Shown in pieces: positions 1 to 8,529 of a stretch of DNA of 64,000 nucleotides (position 1 is the stretch's first letter; the number at the start of each line of letters is the position of its first letter). The stretch comes from a virus. Position numbers and translations under genes: made by a program. The notes below the pieces were generated by a model. The model was not told the DNA's origin. It saw nothing but the letters and a program-made list of their open reading frames with translations, and searched no databases. The DNA is taken from the IMG/VR virus record IMGVR_UViG_3300008952_003529. One strand, written 5' to 3'.

Positions 1-38
1 ACTAGATAAAGACCATAACAAGGTTAGGAGCTGACATA

Positions 39-887
39 ATGACAAATATACCAAGGGTTTCTGTTTTAATACCCCTGCATAACTGCGAAAAAACTGTATT
101 TCGTGCGATCGACTCTGTTCTGCAACAAACATATACTGACTTTGAGGTGGTATGTGTACTAAATAATTGCTCTGATGCAACGGAAGATATACTACGAGAT
201 ATCCAAGATGAGCGCATAAAGATCGTTTATCAAAATAAGTTGAAAGGAATTACGCCAACATTAAATCATGGATTTAGACATTGCCTCGGCGAATTTATCG
301 CGCGCCAAGACGGTGATGATTATTGGTATCCAGAAAAGTTAAAAAAGCAAATGGATTATTTCGAGAGTAATCCAGAAGTTGATATTCTTGGAACACAAAT
401 TCGAATGGTGACGTCCGATGGTCAAGATTTTGTAAACAGAGATGCTGGATATGCTACGTCACAAAACAAATTGGTTACTTGGGATGCGGGAAATCCTGAG
501 ACAGATCAAGAAATTCGAGGGTTACTTTTGGAGGGTGACAATGTAATTGCTCATCCCAGCGTGGTTATGAGGGCAGTTGTATTAGACTGTGTTGGGGGTT
601 ATGATCCACTATACATAAGGGCGGAAGATTTGCACTTGTGGATGAAGGCATTACCCTTCTTTACATTCGCAAATTTGCAAGAGGTTCTAGTTGACTATAC
701 GGTAAAGGAATCATCGAAAGAAGATTGGATGTGGGGTCAGGACTGGAAAATGGCTGAATGCTTAAAGCCCTTTATTCTGATATTAGAAGAGGAAGATTTA
801 CGTGCTGGTAAGTCACGGCGAGAATTTCTAAAATCTGTGGGAGCCAATCCACCAACACCTGTCCCTCCCCACAAGCCACTAAAGTAA
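39..887 (+). CDS. Glycosyltransferase family 2 (GT-A)
   Basis: N-terminal VSVLIPLHN, acidic motif ARQDGDD, IAHPSVVMR, EDLHLW; AGGAG RBS at 26-30. Confidence 0.9.
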   Translation: MTNIPRVSVLIPLHNCEKTVFRAIDSVLQQTYTDFEVVCVLNNCSDATEDILRDIQDERIKIVYQNKLKGITPTLNHGFRHCLGEFIARQDGDDYWYPEKLKKQMDYFESNPEVDILGTQIRMVTSDGQDFVNRDAGYATSQNKLVTWDAGNPETDQEIRGLLLEGDNVIAHPSVVMRAVVLDCVGGYDPLYIRAEDLHLWMKALPFFTFANLQEVLVDYTVKESSKEDWMWGQDWKMAECLKPFILILEEEDLRAGKSRREFLKSVGANPPTPVPPHKPLK

Positions 888-900
888 CTTTGGAGAAAAA

Positions 901-1611
901 ATGTTCACTATTCTTCTACCAGTTTTTAATGGTGAGCGCTGGATTATTGAGGCGATACAAAACTTAAAAGACCAGGTTTATACGGATTTTGAAGTCATTA
1001 TAGTATGCAACGGTTGCACAGATCGATCCGCTAGTTTTGCATCAAGTCAGATAGCAGAAGATAAAAGGTTTAGATTAGTAGACACAAAATTTGCGAATAA
1101 ATCATCCGCACTAAATATTGGGGTAATGATGGCGTCACGAGAGTGGATAGCAATATATGATGTTGATGACCGCTGGCATATAGAAAAACTAGATTATCAA
1201 GCCAGAGAGATATTATCTTCTTCTTCCTTGGAAGTTTTGGGAACACAAATGTTTTATCTGACAGAAGATAATGAAGTACAACCTGAGGGTCCCCTTTTGC
1301 CGCTGTCTCATGAAGATATAATGAGCTATTTGCTGGAAAGAAAAAGCAATCCATTTTGCAATAGCAGTATTACGTATCGAAGAGATTTGCATTTCACTAG
1401 AGTGGGATTTTATGATCCGCAATGTGCTGTAGAAGATTATGACTTTTGGATTCGATGCGCACTTGCTGGTGCTCATTTTAAAAATTTGGCCGGTGTTTTA
1501 GCATTTCATAGGCTTCATTCTGGATCACATTTTAACGGATCAAATAAGCAACGCAACGATAAAATTTTTTTAGATAGTATGATGGAGCATAGAAGAAAGG
1601 GAGCCGAGTAA
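901..1611 (+). CDS. Glycosyltransferase family 2 (GT-A)
   Basis: FTILLPVFNG, YDVDD (DxD), EDYDFW motif; GGAG RBS upstream. Confidence 0.9.
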   Translation: MFTILLPVFNGERWIIEAIQNLKDQVYTDFEVIIVCNGCTDRSASFASSQIAEDKRFRLVDTKFANKSSALNIGVMMASREWIAIYDVDDRWHIEKLDYQAREILSSSSLEVLGTQMFYLTEDNEVQPEGPLLPLSHEDIMSYLLERKSNPFCNSSITYRRDLHFTRVGFYDPQCAVEDYDFWIRCALAGAHFKNLAGVLAFHRLHSGSHFNGSNKQRNDKIFLDSMMEHRRKGAE

Positions 1612-1616
1612 TTGAT

Positions 1617-2474
1617 ATGGTAGAAGAATTTTGTAAAAAATATGGTGTCTCAAAAGACGATGTGGTTTGGATAGATTTACAAGACACAGACTTATCAAAG
1701 CTTAAAGCTCTTAGTGAGAGCTTAATAGCGGTCAAATATGTTAGGATAACAAAGCCATCGATTAATCAAGAATTGCTTAATGACATAAACAATCATTTGA
1801 CAAATTATTTTTGTTTCCGACGGGTTGACGGTCCAAATGATCAAGACATCGTTTACGAAAATAAATTTCATACTGATCCGGTTTGGCCTGGGATTGATGT
1901 TTCTGGATATGAGAACACTTACATAAGAGGAAAACCGAAAGAATATTTACTCCACACAATAAGCCTGTTTAAGCAATTTACAAAGGCTCGTACAATTCTT
2001 GAAATCGGATCCGTACGAGCCGTGATGGAGCATACTATTGACGAATTTAATCCCGCATGTTGCAACGATGGTCATTCTACATATTTTTGGAGTCATTATA
2101 CAGGTGCTGAAGTACACACCGTTGACAACCATCCCCATAGAAAGAGAAATATTATGGATGTTGATGCTAGACTTTCAAGCGTCTTTGCGCACACTGCCGA
2201 TGGCATAGAATTTATAAAGAATTTTGACCAAGAGATCGATTTGCTCTTTTTGGATGCATGGGATGTGATACCCGATACACCATACGCCGAAAGACATTTA
2301 GAAGCTTATATCGCTTCGAAACAAAAATTAGCAGCAAGCTGCTTAGTGCTTATCGACGATACAGACGTCGGTGGCGGCGGTAAGGGTAGACTAGTCATTC
2401 CAGAACTTAAGAAAGATGGGTTTCAATGCATAGCGAATAGAAGACAAACAATCTTTTTGAGGACAGCGCAGTGA
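1617..2474 (+). CDS. Class I SAM-dependent methyltransferase (Methyltransf_24-like) with about 100-aa N-terminal extension
   Basis: ILEIGS motif I, DGIEFI..IDLLFLDAWD, VLIDDT and GKG..V motifs typical of this small MTase family. Confidence 0.7.
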   Translation: MVEEFCKKYGVSKDDVVWIDLQDTDLSKLKALSESLIAVKYVRITKPSINQELLNDINNHLTNYFCFRRVDGPNDQDIVYENKFHTDPVWPGIDVSGYENTYIRGKPKEYLLHTISLFKQFTKARTILEIGSVRAVMEHTIDEFNPACCNDGHSTYFWSHYTGAEVHTVDNHPHRKRNIMDVDARLSSVFAHTADGIEFIKNFDQEIDLLFLDAWDVIPDTPYAERHLEAYIASKQKLAASCLVLIDDTDVGGGGKGRLVIPELKKDGFQCIANRRQTIFLRTAQ

Positions 2475-3394
2475 CACGTATAGTATTGATAAACACACCA
2501 ACTCTTCCTTGTCCAGATACACATTATTTACATGTTAAGAAATTTCTAAAAGGGTTTGTTCAAAACGGCTTTCCGCTTATTGAGGTTAATAATAAAAGAG
2601 AAATTGATGCCTTAACTCATGACGACATTGTATACATCTCCAATCATGGGTTCGAACCATGGGCTGGTGTAAGTCGCGAAGATCTACCAATACAAAATGC
2701 TTTAAAGCAAATGGAGCTTCTGGAGAAGAAATGTCATTATGCGATATTGTGGCATTTTCATCAAGCGTTGTTCAGATTTTTTTATGAGCCGCAATTTAAG
2801 AACGTTATTTTAACCGGCCACTGGCGTGGGTCATGGGCTGATGAAGAATATTTCGATTTTTCATTTACACCGTATAGTCAATTGGAGAATTTTGTTCCTA
2901 TGAGATTTGCTACTGACCTTCATCCCTCTGAAATTGAGGATCCGCTTGACAAGGTTTATGACGCATGCTTTATTGGGACTCCATATAAGATACCGTGGAT
3001 TCAAGAAATTGCCGGTCGCCACAATGTATATGCTCATTTTGGTAAACCGTGGTTACCAGAAGCAGATAGGCTTCGTGTTCTAAGAACTTCTACAATTGGT
3101 CTGGGCTTTGGTGCCGACCAGAATGTGAAGGAGGGTGTAATGACTGAAAGAGTTATTGAAAGCATTGCTCATGGGTGTGTTGTGATAAGTGATTGCGCCA
3201 CTGCACCAGAAAGAACCGGTGGCGCAGCAATTTATGTCGAAAGCAAGCAACACGCTCTTGAAGAAGTAAAACGGATTTTACATTCACCTGAGTTCGCTAG
3301 AGAAAAAATGCACCTCGGCCTTGAGTTTGTTAGAAATGAGGGCACCTATTTTCATCTTGCAAAAGATATGCTTGATGCACTGAATATCACATAA
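2471..3394 (+). CDS. Glycosyltransferase, CgeB/Glyco_trans_1_2-like (GT-B)
   Basis: YDACFIG, C-terminal MTERVIESIAHGCVVISD (the 'ER.FE..A.G..LLTD' pattern) and HLGLEFVRNEGTY; GTGA overlap with the previous gene. Confidence 0.7.
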   Translation: MTRIVLINTPTLPCPDTHYLHVKKFLKGFVQNGFPLIEVNNKREIDALTHDDIVYISNHGFEPWAGVSREDLPIQNALKQMELLEKKCHYAILWHFHQALFRFFYEPQFKNVILTGHWRGSWADEEYFDFSFTPYSQLENFVPMRFATDLHPSEIEDPLDKVYDACFIGTPYKIPWIQEIAGRHNVYAHFGKPWLPEADRLRVLRTSTIGLGFGADQNVKEGVMTERVIESIAHGCVVISDCATAPERTGGAAIYVESKQHALEEVKRILHSPEFAREKMHLGLEFVRNEGTYFHLAKDMLDALNIT

Positions 3395-3400
3395 GCGAAC

Positions 3401-3429
3401 TTGTACAGCTGCTATATTTTAAATAAAAT
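3401..3429 (+). promoter_or_regulatory. Sigma70-like promoter upstream of the heptose cluster
   Basis: TTGTAC (3401-3406), 17-nt spacer, TAAAAT (3424-3429), in the 64-nt gap before 3459. Confidence 0.5.
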
Positions 3430-3458
3430 GTTTAGAACATGTTATTCTGGGTTTAGTA

Positions 3459-4229
3459 ATGCAAGAAATCATATTGGGGTCTCCTTATGGCGGGCTAGGA
3501 GACAATATTCAACTTTCTACGCTACCAGAGCTGTACGCTAAAGCGGGACATGATGTCTATATTTGCAGTGAAGCTTATTTTCGTAATCCCGAAATAAAAG
3601 AGCTCATTTGGGAATGTAATCCTTTTGTGAGGGGTACAAAGTCAGGTATTTGTAATGCTGGAGACACCCCCGGCCGCCACCGTCCAGTGCACCCAAATCC
3701 CATATCTAATTGGGAGATTCTTCATGGGTTTTCACCAACAAACACGATACCAAAGATTTATTATACTCCACAAAAGATCGATATATTCCAAGATGTATTT
3801 CTTGTGGATTTTTCTTCAATATCAGCAGTTTTTAGTACGAGAGTTGTGGAAGAAGCTTATTTGATGATTAAAGAAAAGTACCCTGACAAAACTTTTCGAC
3901 GTGTCCGATTTCAACAAAACTTAAATCCTGTCAACGAAAAAGCACAATGGCAAAATGGCGTCTTTAGAGAATTAAACATCAGCGTAGGCAATGACGTAGT
4001 TGTAAATAACATCTTTGAGTATTGTGATATAATATGCTCATCTTTTGGATTCTTATCAATCTATAGTGGCGCCAGCCATCTAAGTTCTGCACTGAAAGAG
4101 TATAATCGAGAGTTGATTAGCTTATGTGTAGTAAGACAGGAGCACTATGAACATAATCGACGTAATTCGCTTCATTTATACGATAATATTGAATATATTC
4201 TTGTCTCATCCGATGGACTAGGGTTTTAA
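3459..4229 (+). CDS. Putative GT9-like glycosyltransferase (heptosyltransferase-like)
   Basis: N-terminal GGLGDNIQLSTLPEL resembles GT9 'LGD.L...P'. The segment NNIFEYCDIICSSFGFLSIYSGASHLSSAL (4005-4094) aligns without gaps to the GT9 pattern 'SL.EL..LI..ADLFIGNDSGPMHLAAAL'. Confidence 0.5.
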   Translation: MQEIILGSPYGGLGDNIQLSTLPELYAKAGHDVYICSEAYFRNPEIKELIWECNPFVRGTKSGICNAGDTPGRHRPVHPNPISNWEILHGFSPTNTIPKIYYTPQKIDIFQDVFLVDFSSISAVFSTRVVEEAYLMIKEKYPDKTFRRVRFQQNLNPVNEKAQWQNGVFRELNISVGNDVVVNNIFEYCDIICSSFGFLSIYSGASHLSSALKEYNRELISLCVVRQEHYEHNRRNSLHLYDNIEYILVSSDGLGF

Positions 4230-4232
4230 TAT

Positions 4233-4631
4233 ATGAACGTTGATAGTCAAAAAAGGATATTCACTAACGGTTGTTTCGATGTTTTACATCGAGGTCATAT
4301 TGAGCTTTTAAAATATTGTAAAACTTTGGGGTATGTGATTGTGGGATTGAATAGTGATAAAAGCGTTAAGAGGCTAAAGGGTGACAATAGGCCATTCTTC
4401 TCTCAAGATGATAGAAAATTTATACTAGAGTCTTGTCGGTTCGTGGATGAGGTACGTATCTTTGAGGATGACACACCGCTCAGAATGATAAAAGCCTTGA
4501 GGCCAGATATGATTGTGAAAGGTGCAGATTATATGCCCCAAGAAGTGGCTGGTCATGAAATTTGTGAAGTTAGAATATTCCAAATTTTAGATGGATATTC
4601 CACAACAAATATTTTGGAAAAAATACAATGA
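4233..4631 (+). CDS. rfaE2: D-glycero-beta-D-manno-heptose 1-phosphate nucleotidyltransferase (HldE C-terminal domain / HldC-like)
   Basis: FTNGCFDVLHRGH (HxGH), VGLNSDKSVKRLKG..RP, FEDDTP, VKGADY, DGYSTT. Confidence 0.9.
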   Translation: MNVDSQKRIFTNGCFDVLHRGHIELLKYCKTLGYVIVGLNSDKSVKRLKGDNRPFFSQDDRKFILESCRFVDEVRIFEDDTPLRMIKALRPDMIVKGADYMPQEVAGHEICEVRIFQILDGYSTTNILEKIQ

Positions 4632-4948
4632 TATATGTGTTCGATATAGACGGCACCATTTGTGAAAATTCTAATAGCGAATATCAAAATTCTATACCGA
4701 AATTAAATCGTATTGAAAGAGTAAATAAGCTTTATGATGAAGGACACACAATAATATTTCAAACTGCAAGGGGAATGGGTCGAAGTGGGAACTCCTCAGC
4801 GTATGCTTACAAAGCATTTTATGAATTTACTAAAAACCAACTTGATTCTTGGGGAGTGAAGTATCACTCATTGTTCTTAGGAAAGCCAGCAGGAGACACA
4901 TACATCGATGATAAGGGAATTAGAGATGAAGACTTCTTTACCGATTAA
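4628..4948 (+). CDS. Small HAD-superfamily phosphatase (capsule-biosynthesis phosphatase-like)
   Basis: FDIDGT motif I, QTARGM motif II, LGKP..D.YIDDK motifs III/IV. Confidence 0.8.
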   Translation: MIYVFDIDGTICENSNSEYQNSIPKLNRIERVNKLYDEGHTIIFQTARGMGRSGNSSAYAYKAFYEFTKNQLDSWGVKYHSLFLGKPAGDTYIDDKGIRDEDFFTD

Positions 4949-5285
4949 ATTCGTTCCGAAGGGATGGGGATTTGAGAAGTGGATTGTTAATTGCGAAGAG
5001 TATTGCGGAAAACTTCTTTATTTTGTGAAGGGTAAACGCTGTTCATGGCACTATCATAAACTGAAAGATGAGGTGTTCTATGTGCAATCTGGAAAGATTT
5101 TGGTAAAATACTCAGAGGAAGATGATATCGAAAATGTTGGGGTAATAACACTCGGCCCAGGAGATAACTTCCATGTTTATCGTGGGCTTAGACATCAGAT
5201 GATCGCTCTTGAAGATACTGAGCTTTTTGAATTCTCAACGCAACATTTCGATGAGGATAGTCATAGGCTTCAAAAGGGAGACTAA
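4926..5285 (+). CDS. Cupin-fold sugar isomerase-like protein (D-lyxose/mannose isomerase-like)
   Basis: KGWG N-terminal motif, YCGKLL, cupin motif 1 SWHYHKLKDEVFYV and motif 2 GLRHQM. Start reassigned to ATG 4926 (ORF track starts at 4908). Confidence 0.75.
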   Translation: MKTSLPIKFVPKGWGFEKWIVNCEEYCGKLLYFVKGKRCSWHYHKLKDEVFYVQSGKILVKYSEEDDIENVGVITLGPGDNFHVYRGLRHQMIALEDTELFEFSTQHFDEDSHRLQKGD

Positions 5286-5288
5286 TAT

Positions 5289-5945
5289 ATGCGCACAAAG
5301 AGAGTACTTATAACAGGATCTTCACGAGGTCTTGGAAAGCATTTAGCGACCCAATTTGAGATGGCTGGATGTGGCGTTTTTAGACACGCAAGGATGGATG
5401 ATTCAGGATACGATATTACTGGAGACATCACAAGTGACAATTTTTATGATTTGTTAGAAAGTTTTATCAGAGATAATCACATTAGTATCTTTGTAAATAA
5501 TGCAGCGATCCATGAGCCGAAAGCATTTTTAGAGTATAGCGAAAATGATATTCGTATTGTGTTGGTAACAAATCTAGTTTCTCAAATTCTTATGATACAA
5601 CGAGTGTATAAAGTCTTTAAAGAACGAGGTTCCGGAATAGTCGTTAACATTAATTCTTTGGCAGGCCGGAATCCATCATCAAATGAAACAATTTATTGTG
5701 CAAGCAAATACGGTCTTCGTGGATTTTCCGAATCACTCCAGATTGAATCTATTGGTAAGAACATAAAGATTTTAGATTTTTATCCTGGCGCAATGAAAAC
5801 AGACATGTGCAAAAATAGAGAAAATTATGATAGCTTAATGGATCCCCATGAGGTGGCTGAAATAATATGCGACACCGTTTTACGTAATGATACCACTATT
5901 TTACCCACTGAGACAATTATAAGAAAATTTTTATCAAAGGACTAA
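5289..5945 (+). CDS. Classical short-chain dehydrogenase/reductase
   Basis: TGSSRGLG, NNAA, NINS, YCASK, PGAMKT. Confidence 0.9.
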   Translation: MRTKRVLITGSSRGLGKHLATQFEMAGCGVFRHARMDDSGYDITGDITSDNFYDLLESFIRDNHISIFVNNAAIHEPKAFLEYSENDIRIVLVTNLVSQILMIQRVYKVFKERGSGIVVNINSLAGRNPSSNETIYCASKYGLRGFSESLQIESIGKNIKILDFYPGAMKTDMCKNRENYDSLMDPHEVAEIICDTVLRNDTTILPTETIIRKFLSKD

Positions 5946-5954
5946 AGCAAGATT

Positions 5955-6965
5955 ATGAAAGCAGCAATTTTAGAAGAAATTAATGGACCACTAGCCATTA
6001 AAGAAGTCGAGCTAACCTCGTTAAAGCCGGGGCAGGTTTTGGTAAAGATCTTAGTTAGTGGGTTATGTGGCGCTCAATTACATGAAATCCGTGGTCATAA
6101 AGGTAATGCAAAGTTTCTTCCCCACTTAATGGGTCATGAGGGCTGTGGAATCGTACAAGAAGTGGGCACCGGAGTCATGACTGTTGCACCTGGGGATAAG
6201 GTTGTAATGCATTGGAGACCTGGTACAGGAATGGAGGCGCCATTTCCAGAATATATTTTGAATGGTAAAAAGATAAGCAGCGGAAAAGTGACAACACTTA
6301 GCGAATATTCTATAGTCTCAGAAAACAGGGTGACGACAGTTCCGGCAGATACTCCAAATAATCTTTGCGCGCTTCTGGGTTGCGGATTGACAACAGCATT
6401 AGGAATTATCGATAATGAAATAGATCTTAAAATGGGCGAAAGCGTGATGGTTATTGGCTGTGGTGGTGTAGGGCTGAACTTAATACAAGGCGCAAAAATG
6501 AAGAGCGCATTTCCAATCGTAGCAATTGATCAATCCGAGTATAAAAGACAAAAAGCTTTAGAGGCAGGAGCTAGCCTCTTTATTAATACTGCAACCGAGG
6601 AGTCCCAACCTAACGAGATTGATGTGATAATCGACACCACGGGAAATGTCAACGTAATCGCAGATGCGATAGGGCGCCTGTCTAAGAATGGCAGAATGAT
6701 TTTAGTAGGTCAACCTTCTCCTAACGAAGAATTGACGATCCCTAATGGTATCACATTATTCGGTGGTTCTGGAAAGTCTATAAAAGCGAGTCAGGGTGGA
6801 AGGACCGAGCCAGCTATGGACATCCCGCGATATATCAAGATGTATCGAGCTGGAATTTTAGACATTGATAAAATTGTAACCCATACGTTTTCACTTGAAG
6901 ACGTGAATGAAGCGTTTGACTTGTTAAAGACAGGCACCGCTGGTAGAATAATGGTAAAGATGTGA
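5955..6965 (+). CDS. Zn-dependent medium-chain alcohol dehydrogenase
   Basis: GLCG (catalytic Cys), GHEG, LGCGLTT, GCGGVG Rossmann motif. Confidence 0.9.
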   Translation: MKAAILEEINGPLAIKEVELTSLKPGQVLVKILVSGLCGAQLHEIRGHKGNAKFLPHLMGHEGCGIVQEVGTGVMTVAPGDKVVMHWRPGTGMEAPFPEYILNGKKISSGKVTTLSEYSIVSENRVTTVPADTPNNLCALLGCGLTTALGIIDNEIDLKMGESVMVIGCGGVGLNLIQGAKMKSAFPIVAIDQSEYKRQKALEAGASLFINTATEESQPNEIDVIIDTTGNVNVIADAIGRLSKNGRMILVGQPSPNEELTIPNGITLFGGSGKSIKASQGGRTEPAMDIPRYIKMYRAGILDIDKIVTHTFSLEDVNEAFDLLKTGTAGRIMVKM

Positions 6966-7798
6966 AGAAGACTATCTATCAATTCTTAAAAGAAATTCAA
7001 GTCTATGATTGCGAATTCCAGAAGGTCAGAATAGGTAATGAGTCAGATGGAGGCTATGTTGCGCTACATGAAGTGTGTGATAAAACCCGAACGCTTTATT
7101 CTTTTGGTGTCGAAGATAACATCACTTTTGAACAAGACTTCGTCCGGCGATATCCCCAGGCGCTCGTAAAACTATTTGATCATACAGTGGATGGATTGCC
7201 GTCTAATCATCCCAATTTTGCTTTTGTAAAGAAAGGTATCGCCGCCACCCCCTCCAAAAACTTCGTTGCACTTTCTAGCATATTAGACGAAGAATGTACA
7301 GGTATAACTTTAAAGATGGATATTGAGTGGGATGAATGGAGTGTTTTGGGTTCGTTAAGTTCTGATCAGCTAAAAAAAATAGACCAAATGCTGGTCGAAT
7401 TTCACTTAGTCACTGTAGATGTTGATAACAAATTTATAGCAAATACAGACCCTGAATATAGGCTAACGCCTTATTTCGATTCATTTTATAGAGCGACTTA
7501 TGACAAAGTTAATGATGCTCTTTTTATGACATACCTTAATACAATGAAGAAAATTAATGAATGGTTTTACGCTTTTCATATTCATCCCAATAATTCGCTA
7601 AAGAAGGTTAAGACCGGTGGATATAGTTTTCCACCACTTTTAGAAATAAGCTTTGTAAGAAAAGACTTGGTAAAAAATATTAGGGCTACTACGTGTAATT
7701 TTCCTATTTCTGGTTTAGATTTTCCAAATAAGCCCTACAAGAAGGAAATTAAGAATTATTATCCACTAGCTCAAGAGGAAAAAGGAGAAAAATGCTGA
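6962..7798 (+). CDS. FkbM/Methyltransf_22-like methyltransferase
   Basis: DGGYV, YSFGV..ITFE, FDHTV, LKMDIE.DEW, QMLVEFH, H.HPNN; GTG start overlapping the previous stop. Confidence 0.7.
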   Translation: MKKTIYQFLKEIQVYDCEFQKVRIGNESDGGYVALHEVCDKTRTLYSFGVEDNITFEQDFVRRYPQALVKLFDHTVDGLPSNHPNFAFVKKGIAATPSKNFVALSSILDEECTGITLKMDIEWDEWSVLGSLSSDQLKKIDQMLVEFHLVTVDVDNKFIANTDPEYRLTPYFDSFYRATYDKVNDALFMTYLNTMKKINEWFYAFHIHPNNSLKKVKTGGYSFPPLLEISFVRKDLVKNIRATTCNFPISGLDFPNKPYKKEIKNYYPLAQEEKGEKC

Positions 7799-8529
7799 AT
7801 AACAGGTCAAAACAAATCAGGAGGGACACCATTACTTTATCAAAGGCCAATGGTGGTTATCATTATGGGGGTTGCTTTTCAGCAGTAGAGTTACTCGTTT
7901 CCTTGTACGATCATATCTTAACCGATGATGATAGATTTATATTAAGTAAGGGTCATGGCTGCTGGCCATATTACGTTTTGCTTAGGGAGCGTGGGTATGA
8001 CCCTAGACCTACCGGCCATCCAGAACGTGATGTGCATAATGGAATTCACTGGACAACAGGTAGCGAAGGACACGGATTTCCAGCTGCCATTGGAATGGCA
8101 ATAGCAAAGAAAATGTTAAAAAAGTCTGGAAAGATTTACGTTATTATTGGTGATGGAGAATGCCAGGAGGGCACAACTTGGGAATCTCTTTTACTGGCTG
8201 CACATCACAAGCTTGATAATCTAGTTATTATCGCTGACTGGAATGGTATTCAGGGCTCAGGGTATACAAAAGATATTTTACCCATCCCAAACTTCGACCA
8301 GATTGCTGAGGCAATCGGGTGGTCAACGTCAGTCATCGATGGGCATTCATATGAAGAAATTTTAGGTGCCCTGGCTATCTATAAAAAAGAAACGCCACGT
8401 CTTATTATTGCAAATACGATAAAGGGTAAGGGGGTGAGCTATATGGAAAATCAGCCTTGCTGGCATGCTCAATGGCCGCCACCAGACAAAGAAGAACAAG
8501 CGCTTAAAGAGCTGGAGGATTCAGAGTAA
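7792..8529 (+). CDS. Transketolase, N-terminal ThDP-binding subunit
   Basis: HYGGCFS, DRFILSKGH, GSEGHG, GDGECQEGTTWE..N ThDP motif, DGH, TIKGKG..ME..WH. Confidence 0.9.
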   Translation: MLNNRSKQIRRDTITLSKANGGYHYGGCFSAVELLVSLYDHILTDDDRFILSKGHGCWPYYVLLRERGYDPRPTGHPERDVHNGIHWTTGSEGHGFPAAIGMAIAKKMLKKSGKIYVIIGDGECQEGTTWESLLLAAHHKLDNLVIIADWNGIQGSGYTKDILPIPNFDQIAEAIGWSTSVIDGHSYEEILGALAIYKKETPRLIIANTIKGKGVSYMENQPCWHAQWPPPDKEEQALKELEDSE

